Below the pieces are notes generated by a model. The model was not told where the DNA came from, searched no databases, and saw only the letters and a list, made by a program, of their open reading frames with translations. 35,766 nucleotides of DNA, taken from NCBI RefSeq assembly GCF_004010195.1, contig NC_057718.1, positions 10,555,181-10,590,946 of the forward strand, written 5' to 3'. Position 1 is the stretch's first letter. The number at the start of each line of letters is the position of its first letter. The translations under genes and the position numbers were made by a program. Of this stretch, positions 1 through 11,064 are shown in pieces. The DNA comes from Chiloscyllium plagiosum. Lineage: Eukaryota.

Positions 1-75
1 TGAAACATTAGCTAGCTGTCACTCCATGGATGATGTGTGACCTGCTGTGATCTCCAGTATTTGTTGTTTTCAGTA
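1..75 (+). mobile_element. Decayed Penelope-like terminal (pLTR) fragment
   Basis: gaaacattag...gatg...tgacctgctg...tccagtatttgttgttttcag resembles the pLTR ends at 4170-4220, 11940-12010 and 30460-30545. Confidence 0.45.
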
Positions 76-262
76 TGAGATAGCAATTTGAATAGCAATA
101 AAAAGTGGATGGAAAATGTAGAATGATTCATACAGAGAGCTAGCGTGCTGATGAAGGGCTGAATAGCCTCTTCCTGCAGAGTAATCAATTCTAAGAGCAA
201 TTGCATTTATTGGCAGTGGCACTCAACTGATCAAACTGAAAATAGTCTCTATCCAGATAACA

Positions 263-2410
263 GTTAAAAATCACACAACACCAGGTTATAGTCCAACAGG
301 TTTATTTGGAAGCATTAGGTTTCAGAGCACTGCTCCTTCATCAGTTAGCTGTAGAGCAGAACCACAAGACGTTAAGGACAAAAGGGTAACTAGGGACAAA
401 ATAGGACCCCTCAAAGATCAGCAAGGTGGCCTTTGTGTGGAGCCGCAGAAAATGGGGGAGGTACTAAACGAGTAGTTTGCATCAGTATTTACTGTGGAAA
501 AGGATATGGAAGATATAGACTGTAGGGAAATAGATGGTGACACCTTGCAAAATGTCCAAATTACAGAGGAGGAAGTGCTGGATGTCTTGAAACACAAAGG
601 TGGATAAGTCCCCAGGACCTGATCAGGTGTACCCTAGAACTCTGTGGGAAGCTAGAGAAGTGATTGCTGGGCCTCTTGCTGAGGTATTTGTATCATTGAT
701 AGTCACAGGTGAGGTGCCGGAAGACTGGAGGTTGGCTAAGGTGATGCCACTGTTTCAGAAGGGTGGTAAAGACAAGCCAGGGAACTATAGACCAGTGAGC
801 CTGACATCGGTGGTGGGCAAGTTGTTGGAGGGAATCCTGAGGGACAGGATGTACATGTATTTAGAAAGGTAAGGACTGATTAGGGATAGTCAAGATGGCT
901 TTGTGTGTGGGAAATCATGTCTCACAAACTTGATTGAGTTTTTTGAAGAAGTAGCAAAGAGGATTGATGAGGGCAGAGCGGCAGATGTGATCCATATAGA
1001 TTTCAGTAAGGCGTTCGACAAGGTTCCCCATGGGAGATTAATTAGCAAGGTTAGATCTCATGGAATACAGGGAGAACTAGCCATTTGGATACAGAACTGG
1101 CTCAAAGGTAGAAGACAGAGGGTGGTGGTGGCTGGTAGTTTTTCAGACTGGAGACTTGTGACCAGTGGAGTGCCACAAGGATCGGTGCTGGGTCTTCTAC
1201 TTTTTGTCATTTATATAAATGATTTGGATGTGAGCATAAGAGGTACAGTTAGTAAGTTTGCAGATGATACCAAAATTGGAGGTGTAGTGGACAGCGAAGA
1301 GGGTTACTCAGATTACAACAGGACCTTGACCAGATGGGCCAATGGGCAGATGGAGTTTAATTCAGATAAATGCGAGGTGCTGCATTTTAGGAAAGCAAAT
1401 CTTAGCAGGACTTGTACACGCAATGGTAAGGTCCTAGGGAGTGTTGCTGAACAAAGAGACCTTCAAGTGCAGGTTCGTAGCTCCTTGAAAGTGGAGTCGC
1501 AGGTAGATAGGATAGTGAAGAAGACGTTTGGTATGCTTTCCTTTATTGGTCAGAGTATTGAGTACAGGAGTTGGGAGGTCATGTTGCGGCTGTACAGGAC
1601 ATTGGTTATGCCACTGTTGGAATATTGCGTGCAATTCTGGTCTCCTTCCTATCCGAAAGATGTTGTGAAACTTGAAAGGGTTCAGAAAACATTTACAAGG
1701 ATGTTGCCAGGGTTGAAGAATTTAGCTATAGGGAGAGGCTAAACAGGCTGGGGCTGTTTTCCATGGAGCGTTGGAGGCTTAGGGGTGACCTTATAGAAGT
1801 TTACAAAATTATGAGGGGCATGGATAGGATAAATAGACAAAGTTTTTTCCCTGCGGTTGGGGATCAGAACTATGAGCATAGGTTTAGGGTGAGAGGGGAA
1901 AGATATAAAAGAGACCTAAGGAGCAACGTTTTCACACAGAGGGTGGTACGGGTATGGAATGAGCTGCCAGAGGAAGTGGTGGAGGCTGGTACAATTGCAA
2001 CATTTAAGAGGCATTTGGATGGGTATATGAATAGGAAGGGTGTGGAGGGATATGGGCCGGGTGCTGGCAGGTGGGACTAGATTGGGTTTGGATATCTGTT
2101 TGGCACGGACGAGTTGGACCGAAGGGTCTGTTTCCATGCCGAACATCTTTTGACTCTATGATCTTGTAATGAGAGTACAGAGGCAGTATCTTCCTCTGGG
2201 GGTGAAGGGCAAAGCTGGAGGGGGAAGGTTGTGTTTCCATGCTGTACATCTCTATGACTCTAAGACACAGAATTTATAGCAAATTAAATTCTGTATCTTA
2301 TGGTCCTACTCCAAAATCTGGTGCTTCCAAATAAACTTGTTGAATGATAACCTGGTGTTGTGTGATTTTTAACTTTGTCCATCCCAGTCTAACACTAGCG
2401 CATCCACATC
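263..2410. mobile_element. Palindromic Penelope-derived element (arms 263-370 and 2262-2410) split by a CR1 insertion
   Basis: gttaaaaatcacacaacaccaggttat...tttatttggaagca (263-314) is the reverse complement of ~2322-2374. Same family as 14669-14806 and 18225-19527. Hammerhead-like core on the - strand at 314-344. Confidence 0.8.
371..2261 (+). mobile_element. 5'-truncated CR1 (HER1-like) LINE, decayed ORF2 reverse transcriptase + 3' UTR
   Basis: KSPGPD, NYRPVSLTS, DFSKAFDKVPH, GVPQGSVLG, FADDTK motifs with stops and frameshifts. (gactctat) tail. Apparent TSD AAGAC at 366-370 / 2262-2266. Confidence 0.95.
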
Positions 2411-2439
2411 TGGGTATCCAAATGCATAAATTTCCACAA

Positions 2440-3480
2440 CCCGCCTACCTGTGCATCCCGGATCTAATTGGTTGCTGCAGCCGTCACTAGACTCAATTGG
2501 CGGGTAAGCATTGGTCGGAAAGGTTACCAGGAAGCGGTTGAATCCCTCCAATGGGGAAGGCGGCCGGCGTTGGTCTGTCCTGCCTTCTTCAGCGCCTCGT
2601 AAAGCACGTGACATAACCGTTGATCTGCCACCACGCGCGCCTGTCTCTGACTGGTCAATATCAAGATGTCAAACTGTCGCTTAGGAGGAAGCAGGTAGCT
2701 GCGCTCCGCATACCAAACGCGTGGCGCTGATTGGATCATCCCGAAGTTGCTGTCGCCGTCACGGAGGCGAAGTGGGTTGTGCCGGCCCGGCCCTCAACCA
2801 TTTCGAGCGCTTATTGGTAGCCTGTACTGTCAGTCAAACCGTCGCCCGGGGGAGTGGGCGGAGAGGCGCGTGCAATCCCCACTCCGGATTCCTATTGGTC
2901 CGTTCCGCTGCCTGGCAAACCATCGCCCTGGGGAAGTGGGCGGGACGGCTCGTGAGCTCGAGCGAATGGAGCCGTGGTCGCCATTAAACGTGGGGCTGAG
3001 GAGATTTTAACGCCCAGGTGGGATCGAGAGGAAGAAATCGGGCGATCTTTTACGAAAGCTTCCCACATCTTCAAATGGTAGCCCCCTCAAGAAGGTAGAG
3101 CTGATTTGAAATCATCCGACCAGGAGTTGTCGGTGTTTCACCTATCCCCGCCCCCCTCCCTTCTCTCTTCATCCGGTCTCTGGGCCCTGAGTGTTTCTTT
3201 CGCCCCCCCTGTTTCGAGGGGAGAAGGAGGGGGGCGGGATGTCGGAAGGCGAAAAGACGGCCGTGGTGGCCGCAGCGGCGGACAAGGCGGCCGAGGCCAT
3301 GAACGCCGCCGCCGAGGTGGACGACGAAGAGGAGGATGAGAGCGAGGACGAGAGCGAGATCCTGGAGGAAAGTCCGTGTGGCCGCTGGCAGAAGCGACGG
3401 GAGGAGGTGAGCTCCTTTGATGACGGAGATGGATGGATGGATTGGGGGGGATGGATGGATGGGGGGGAGGGGGGGGTTGA
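2440..3480 (+). promoter_or_regulatory. CpG island / TATA-less promoter region of NRBP1 with multiple CCAAT (ATTGG) boxes and GC boxes
   Basis: CpG-rich stretch in otherwise CpG-poor DNA. ATTGG at 2467, 2496, 2510, 2730, 2813, 2894 and CCAAT near 2548. GGGCGG at ~2856 and ~2938, E-box CACGTG ~2605, YY1-like CGCCAT ~2979. Overlaps the ATG exon. Confidence 0.85.
3239..3406 (+). CDS. NRBP1: NRBP1 first coding exon (MSEGEKTAVV...EEEDESEDESEILEESPCGRWQKRREE)
   Basis: Recognisable NRBP N-terminal motif ESEDESEILEESPCGRWQKRREE. ATG at 3239 has G at -3. Ends at GAG|GTGAGC donor, phase 0. Confidence 0.95.
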
Positions 3481-3950
3481 TTAGGGGGAAGCAACCCCTT
3501 CTGAATGGGTGATCTGTCCCTCGCCTTTAACTGAAACATTTCAAACCCAAGTTTCTCCTTTTTAAAAAAAAACACGAATGCGATAAAGCTTGACAGGAGC
3601 TTGTGCCTTTGGTATCAGACTTTTTACCTTGCAAGTTGAAGACACAGGGAGGATGTGGTTGCCCCAGTGGGTTTGCAGAGTAGATTCACTAACGTGATGT
3701 CTGGGCTCTGCTGGAATTATTCATAGGGAAAGGAGTAGGCCATTCAGCCCCTCCGGCTTGTTCTGCCATTCGTGACAGTGCCCCATGCACCTGCTTTTGG
3801 CCTTCATACCTTTTGCTGAACAAGAAAAAAAACTACCTGAAATTTATTACTAATAACTGATCCAGCGTCAATTGTTATTTGTAGTAGCATGTACCAAACC
3901 TCTGCCACCCTTTCTGGGTAGGACTGCTTCCTGAAATTACTCCTGAATGG

Positions 3951-4238
3951 GTAAAAACAATAACTGCAGATGCTGGAAACCAGATTCTGGATTAGAGGTA
4001 CTGGAAAAGCACAGCAGTTCAGGCAGCATCCGAGGAGCAATAAAATCGACGTTTCAGGCAAAAGCCTTTCATCAGGAATACAGGCAGAGTGCCTGAAGAG
4101 TGGAGAGATAAATGAGAGATAAATCTCTCCACCCTTCAGGCACTCTGTCTGTATTCCTGATGCCCGAAACATCGATTTTACTGCTCCTCGGATGCTGCCT
4201 GAACTGCTGTACTTTTCCAGCACCTCTAATCCAGAATC
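3951..4238. mobile_element. 288-bp non-autonomous palindromic Penelope-derived element with 12-bp TSD
   Basis: Inverted arms 3983-4109 / 4123-4238. TSD ACTCCTGAATGG at 3939-3950 and 4239-4250. Confidence 0.9.
4046..4077 (-). ncRNA. Minimal hammerhead ribozyme-like motif (PLE type)
   Basis: Minus strand reads UC-CUGAUGA-A-AGGC-UUUU-GCCU-GAAA-CG-UC-GA. Confidence 0.6.
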
Positions 4239-4859
4239 ACTCCTGAATGGTCTGACTCTGATATTTATACCTTGCTCCCTAGTTCAAGAATCGCCAACCA
4301 GTATTTCTTTGACCACCTAGTCTGTTTGTGTTATTATCTTTGAGATCACCCCCAACCATCTAAATTCTAGAAAAACATGGCTAACTTTTATATTCTCTCC
4401 TCATAACTTAACCCTAAGTACAAGTATCATTCTTGTAAACCTACATTGTACTCCTCCCAAGGACAATAAACTGTTCCTAAGAGTTGGTGTCCAGATCTGC
4501 TGAGGGTAGTGGGGTCTAACCAGGGGTTTGTATAGCTGCAAAATAACTTGTGCATCTTTGTGCTCCAGTCTTCTCAATATAAAGGCTGGCATGCCAATAG
4601 CTGCTTTGATAATTTTCACTTGTTCATGGCATTTTCAAAACTTAAACACCTGAACTGCAAGCTTCTTTGGCTGTTTAATTTCATGCCACATAGCAAGTAT
4701 CCTTGCCTTTTTGCTTGACAAAAATGGATAAACTTGCACTTATTTACATTGTAATCTGCCTGCTGCTGTTCACCTAGTCTCTCAATATTTAGCTGTGGAG
4801 ATAGACTAGATAGGTTGGGATTGTATTCCTTACAGCAGATAATCTTTTAAGATTAATTC

Positions 4860-5750
4860 ACAATGAGGATGTCACTGGCATTTATTGCTCATCCCTAATT
4901 CCCCAGAGGGCAGTTAAGAGACAACCACATTGCTGAGAGTCTGGAGTCACATATCGGCTAGACCATATCTCCTTCCCTAAAGGACATTAGTGAATGACAT
5001 GGGTTTTCTGACAATTGATAATGGATTCATAGGTTAACAGTCCAGCAATAAAATCGCTCGGCTGTTGCCTTCCCCTTTTAAGGAAATCTTATTGAGGTTT
5101 ATGAGGTTCTGAGGAGCATGGATAGGATATGTAGAAAGAATCTTTTTACCCTTAGAGCGCTTAGCTAAAATTATTGGGGACAAAGAAATACAAGTGCTTG
5201 GGAGAATGTGAAAACAATGTACTGAGTGGAATTATGAACTATAATCATAATGAATGGTGGAGCAAGCTCACAGAGCCAAATGGCCTATTCCAGCTCTTAT
5301 TCTGTGTTTTAGGGGATTTGAGATATTTCTTTTTGTGCAGATAATGGTGGGTGTCTGGAATTTACTGCTTAAGAGGGTGGTAGAAACTGGAAACAAGGGG
5401 TATTAAACTGGATGACTAGTGGATGGTGCAGAATGATGCCAACTGTACAACTTCAATTTTTACGCCAACTGAGGCCCCCGTGAAGGTGCCGACTTTACAA
5501 CCTTGTCTATCACTTGAGGCTTGGTGACCGTCATGGTAAACTCACCACTAATTGTCTCTGTGTAATAGAATAGCAGCCCTATGGTCCTCTGGGAATATAA
5601 TGACTTTACCTCTTTAGATGAGCACTTGAAACACCACAGCATACAAGGCTATGGGCCAAGTGCTAGAAAATCAGGTTAGAACAGATAAATTCTTGAATAC
5701 CAGCATGGACTCAATGGACAAAAAAGTCTTTTTCCATACTCTGACTCTAC
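4860..5750. mobile_element. Cluster of old LINE 3'-end / SINE-like fragments
   Basis: CR1-like 3' segments (gaggtttatgaggtt...ggataggat; aaggctatgggccaagtgct) and a reverse-oriented 3' end 'ggcatttattgctcatccctaatt' related to ~13880 and ~20430. Confidence 0.5.
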
Positions 5751-7039
5751 AACTTGAAGTAGAACAAACTGATGATTTAAAACAGGCAACTCAGTATCTC
5801 TGGTTTATATCTGGGCTGTGAAAGCTCTTAATTAGATAACTTGCAAAATAGCAGAAATTAGTTGTGAATGTTTCTGCTAACTTGTTTTTTTTATCAATTT
5901 TAATTATATTACTGGCGAAACAGCATTTTTCTAATATATCTTTTACACTGCTAGCGATTGGATTCTGGTGTCATTTTTTTCACAGAAGGTGCAGCTGTTT
6001 TCAAGACATGCTTTCTTAACATCTGCCATTTCCATATATAGTCTTCAAAAGCTTGGAATATAGGCGACAGATATTCTATTTATTCCATCAAGTATGTAAT
6101 GTCAGTTTGGAATGGTGGGGAGTTTATTGGGCTTGAAATTTGTTGACAGCAGATACCCGAGATAGATACGGATATTTTACAATGGTGATTAAAACCTGTT
6201 TTTTGAGTGCAGTTGTGGAAAATTTAGTTCGCTGAATGCTAAAGGAAATCAGTTGGTCGATTTTTTTTAAAAGGTGATTTATCATTCCATTTCAAAGACG
6301 TCAACATTTTACAGAAATAATCTTGTGTGTAGTTCCAGGTTTGGAAATCCCATGCAACAAAAAGGAATTGACCCATTTATGATCCCGGTTTCCTTCCTCT
6401 GTAAAGGGTTCCTGACTTTGATGCATATGACTTTAAATTCAACTGCAGCCTGTTAGCAACCACTTCCTCGCTGAATCAGGGTTATGTAAGTAATGTTTGA
6501 GTTTCTGAACCTGGAGGTTCATCTTCAGAAAAGGCAACAACACTTTGCTGTAACTATTATTCATGCCTTCTCACCACCAGACTTGACTATTCCAGTGTTT
6601 TCCTGCTGGTTTCTCTCTCATGATTCGCATTAGCTTCTATTTTTTCAGTTTTGAATTCCTGCTCGTCGCTATTTGTTTGTGGCATCATCCCTTTCTAACT
6701 ATTGCTGCTTCCAGTTTCCCTGCTCCAATTTTTTTTTTAAGTTATTCTGGAGTTAAGGACCCTAGATAAGTGATGACATAGTTGATAATGATAGGGTGAA
6801 GGAAGAGGGATGGGGAGAGCTGACCTGTGTACTGGAGGCCAGAGTTCGAGTAACATCAAGATGTTGTATTAGGTGAGGTTACATGAGGGAGTACACCATA
6901 AAGGGATATGTATAGCAGCAAAAGTAGAAGAAATTGGTGCTGCAAGAATGTTGGTCACTCAATCAAACATCAATCACACTCCATCATAAGGTCAGAGTGG
7001 TGATGTGCAGTCACCACTCTTTGTGTCTTCTCAGACTGA

Positions 7040-7470
7040 AGCAGTCCATGTTCAGATGCAACAAGATCTGGACACTATCTAGCCTTGGGCTGAGAAATGG
7101 CAACTAACATTCACTCCACATGAATGCTAAGCGATGGTCATCTCCAATAAGAGACCATCTTATCTAGACTCCTTGATATTCACTGAACTCCCCACCATCC
7201 ACATTCTTGGAGTTACCATTGACCAAAAACTCAACTGAATTTGTCACATAAACATAGTGGTTACAAGAACAGGTCAGAGGCTAGGAATACTCTGGAGAGT
7301 AACTCGCCTCTTAACACCCCAAAGTCTGTTTACCATCTACAAGGCACCAGTCAGAAGTATGATGGAATATTCCCCACTGGCCTGGATGAATGCAGCTCCA
7401 ATAACATTCAAGAAGCTTGACGCTACTCCGGCTAAAGCAGCCAGCTTGACTGACACCACGTCATCAAACG
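7040..7470 (+). mobile_element. LINE (CR1/L2-group) ORF2 C-terminal fragment, second family
   Basis: QQDLDTI.PWAEKWQ...TIYKAPVRSMMEYSPLAW. Similar to 19580-20465. Confidence 0.75.
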
Positions 7471-7818
7471 TGGGCTCCACTCATCCCCTTATGTTCACGT
7501 CCAAAATCATTTATATAAATGCTGAAAAGTAGTGGACCCAGCACCAATCCTTGTGGTGCTCCACTATGACTATTGGTTCCTTTCCCCAAGGGTTATCAAA
7601 TTCCAATGATATCTTATCACCCCTTTTCAACAACAAAAAGGACACACAACCGCTTTGGTCTTGGAAACTCCCCCACTTTCCATAAAAGAGCATATTTATT
7701 ACCTCTCAATGTGCACCTTTTCATACTTGAACCTCACCAATTAATTTCCTACCTTTTTAAGTAGAATGAATCCAAATCGCGACAGTTTGTTGTGTCCCTT
7801 TGTATGGCGTTCGACATG

Positions 7819-8746
7819 CCACTGCACCTACAATTTTGGTGTCATCAGCCAACTTAGTGGACAGCGCAGAGGGTTACCTCAGATTACAACGGGATCTTGA
7901 CCAGATGGGCCAATGGGCTGAGAAGTGGCAGATGGAGTTTAATTTAGATAAATGTGAGGTGCTGCATTTTAGGAAAGCAAATCTTAGCAGGACTTGTATA
8001 CGCAATGGTAAGGTCCTAGGTAGTGTTGCTGAACAAAGAGACCTTGCAGTGCAGGTTCATAGTTCCTTGAAAGTGGGGTCGCAGGTAGATAGGATAGTGA
8101 AGAAGGCATTTAGTATGCTTTCCTTTATTGGTCAGAGTATTGTGTTCAGGAGTTGGGAGGTCATGTTGCGGATTTACAGGACATTGGTTAGGCCACTGTT
8201 GGAAGTTTGCATGGAATTCTGATCTCCTTCGTATCGGAAGGATGTTGTGAAACTTGAAAGGGTTCAGAAAAGATTTACAAGGATGTTGCCATGGTTGGAG
8301 GATTTGAGCTACAGGGAGAGGGTGAACAGACTGGGGATGTTTTCCCTGGAGCACCGGGAGACTGAGGGTGACCTTATAGAAGTATATAAAATCATGAGGG
8401 GCATGGATAGGATAAATAGGCAAAGCCGTTTCCCTGGGGTGGGGGGAGTCCAGAACTAGAGGGCATAGGTTTTAGGGTGAGGGGAAAGATATAACAAAGG
8501 CCTAAGAAGCAACATTTTCATGCAGAGGGTGGTACATGTGTGGAATGAGCTGCCAGAGGAAATGGTGGAGGCAGGTACAATTGCAACATTTAAAAGGCAT
8601 CTGAATGGGTGCATGATTAGGAAGGGTTTGGAGGGATATGGGCCAGGTGCTGTCAGGTGGGACTAGATTGGGTTGGGATATCTGGTGGGCGTGTACAAGT
8701 TAGACTGAAGGGTCTGTTTCTGTACTGTACATCTCGATGACTCTAT
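7819..8746 (+). mobile_element. 5'-truncated CR1 (HER1-like) LINE with a 38-nt inverted 5' segment
   Basis: Close similarity to 1285-2160. 7819-7856 is the reverse complement of the FADDTK-coding segment (cf. 1254-1290). Confidence 0.92.
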
Positions 8747-11064
8747 TAGGGCTAAGGAGCAAAATTAGGTGACCACCAGTTTAGTGGGAACTCTGCCAAG
8801 GGAACAAAGTTGACATGATGAACAGGATAAGCTCAGATGGCATGAGATTTTCAATGTATCCTTACAATATCTTGAAGTGTCATTTCACTTGAATGTGATT
8901 ACATGCTGAAAGGAAAGTATTATGTGGAAATCAATGTTTCATTTCCTTTCCCCTTTTTTCTTTGCTTTGCAACATAATGCTTACTGTGAAATGAAGGCAA
9001 AAACAGCATTAACTGAATTAGCTAGGGAGAAGTCACAGTCTGTTTTCCTTCCTACTGTTTATGATAGGGCAAAGATTTGTTTGTTATGCACACCACTATT
9101 TTCCAGCTTTTTCTGCAGAGTTGGGTGAGTGCAGGATCTGTTTGAATATCAAGTGGATGAATAATGTGATTTTCCTGCACTTGACTAATGTGGTCATACT
9201 TAGTGACCCCATGTCTGAATTCTGTAAACTTGGATAAGATAGCAGCGGGTGCCATGCAACTTGGATATGTAATTTAACTTTCCAAAGCAAGATCAGCGAT
9301 TCTTTTGTCTCTACTTATAAAGTATTGGTTTAGAGTTTATTTCTCTAGCTTGTAAGCAACATGCAGCCAGTACTTTGTCACCTTTAATGCTGGACAGATT
9401 TAATGTTGATTAATAAGTGCAGTAGCACTAGGGAGCATGTATTTGGAATGAAATTGGAAATCCTAGCAAATTGGCTTTTTCATTGGTGCAATACAAAGCT
9501 TCCTTGTGAAAGTTTCACTTACGGTGAAACTTTGTTACTTACATTGCACACAAAGGAGCAGTTAATCGTTGACTTGAACGAGAATGAAGAGTTATGGGGT
9601 TTTAAATTGGAAGGTACATCCCCATTTTCTCTTATAGTGGCAGCTTTCAGAGAGGTACATCTAACTAGATAACTCTTCAGATGAAGTCACTCTGTTGATC
9701 TTTCAGATTGCGAGATCCTGGAATAATTTCATTGGAAATCTGGATCATTTGTTCAGCAAGTGTGGTTGGAAATGCACGGAAACCATCAGTTTATCATCTT
9801 TTTTAGATAGGGTTGGAGAAAGTACTGTGCTCCAATGCATTTTAGTTAGCTTCAATGTGACTCATTCATAGGCTGTACAACAGTATGATTTTCATGTTTG
9901 GTTCAAGCCTAAGCATGTAACCCAAAATTTGCATTTAAATGCTTCAAACTGGGCGATAGCAGCCACTCATCCGAGCCTTTGTCAACATTAGAAAAGGAAA
10001 TCTGAAAATTTTATTTGAAAAATGGTTGGATATCAAAAGTGAAAAAGACAGAAAATTGATTACCATGGGAATTTATGAACAAAGGGAAAATATTAGGATG
10101 ATTCTCAAGGACACTTACTCAAGATGTAGAAAATTTTAATCACTGAAATATTGTATCTGTTGGGTAGCAAAAATGTGTTGGAGTGAGTTAAAAGAACTGC
10201 AAACTGATGCAGATTTCATTGTTTGTTAGATAATCTCTAGGCTACAAAATTCTAGGTGCCAGTTTATTCATCTTTTTAATTCCTGACTCCTGATGACCAA
10301 ACTGCATGAACAGCCTATTTATATTTCATTCTTGTGTATGGATGCTGAGTGTAAATGTGCGATTTTTGTTTTTGGGAATGGAGGTGTAATGTCAGGCAAA
10401 CCAGATTGTGTTCTTCCTCAATCTCTGTGTGCACTTCCAATATTTCTTATCCATTAGATTAAGAACCAGGACAAATTATGTATTTTGTTTTAGCTGAGGG
10501 ATCAGGAAAAATTGTGTGCATTGCCACTCCAATGAAGATCACAAAATGGCAAGTTCAGCACAAGGCTAATCTGTCCTCTACAGCTTTGTGCTACAGTACC
10601 ATTGATAGAAGGGATCCGAGCTGCTAAGGCAAAAATAATGCATTTGTGTTCTAATTTGCACTGTTGTAATGTACTGAGCCCACAATTTCAACTCTGAATT
10701 CATTGTTATGCAATCCTTTTGGCTTATATGCAGTGACCAATTTGAAACTTTGATTTGGTGATTTGATTTTTTAAAAAATAAAGACATTAATTGTATTTTT
10801 GTCTGCCTGTGCAATCTCTACTGTGAGAGGAATGTAAACATATTCAGTTGGTGTTAGGTTTTGGCAAAATACTGCTTTGTGCCAGTGGAGCTGTGTTTTT
10901 CTTTGCTTCAAACTTCATTTGACTGATTTGCAGAGTGAAAATAAACTACCCCTTAAAAATTGAACCAGACTTTTTCTAATATTGCCAGGATGACGAGACC
11001 ATTTCAATGTAATCTTGATGAACTGACATTTGAGTTGTTGTAAAACCTAAAAGGTGAATATTTT

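Larger units (their letters stand above)
3716..4790 (-). mobile_element. Old CR1-type LINE 3' fragment, interrupted by the 3951-4238 palindrome
   Basis: Minus-strand translation LQLYKPLVRPH...VQCRFTRMI (4401-4619). Reverse-oriented 3' UTR 'aggagtaggccattcagccc'. Confidence 0.7.

Noticed and set aside
903..1742. 279-aa reverse transcriptase ORF as a host gene, retron or novel RT system
   Set aside because: It is a fragment of a stop- and frameshift-disrupted CR1 ORF2 present in several copies in this window.
250..2426. TSD for the 263-2410 palindrome (tatccagataac / tatccaaatgca)
   Set aside because: Too degenerate to count as evidence.
2569..2950. CRISPR-like array
   Set aside because: Units are highly degenerate transcription-factor-like motifs in a vertebrate CpG island; no identical repeats and no cas genes.
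3191..3484. 97-aa ORF as a complete protein
   Set aside because: GTG start and read-through past the GTGAGC donor; only 3239-3406 is NRBP1 coding.
3106..3575. Arg/Gly/Pro-rich overlapping ORFs (3106-3339 +, 3138-3575 -)
   Set aside because: Alternative frames of GC-rich CpG-island sequence with no recognisable domain.
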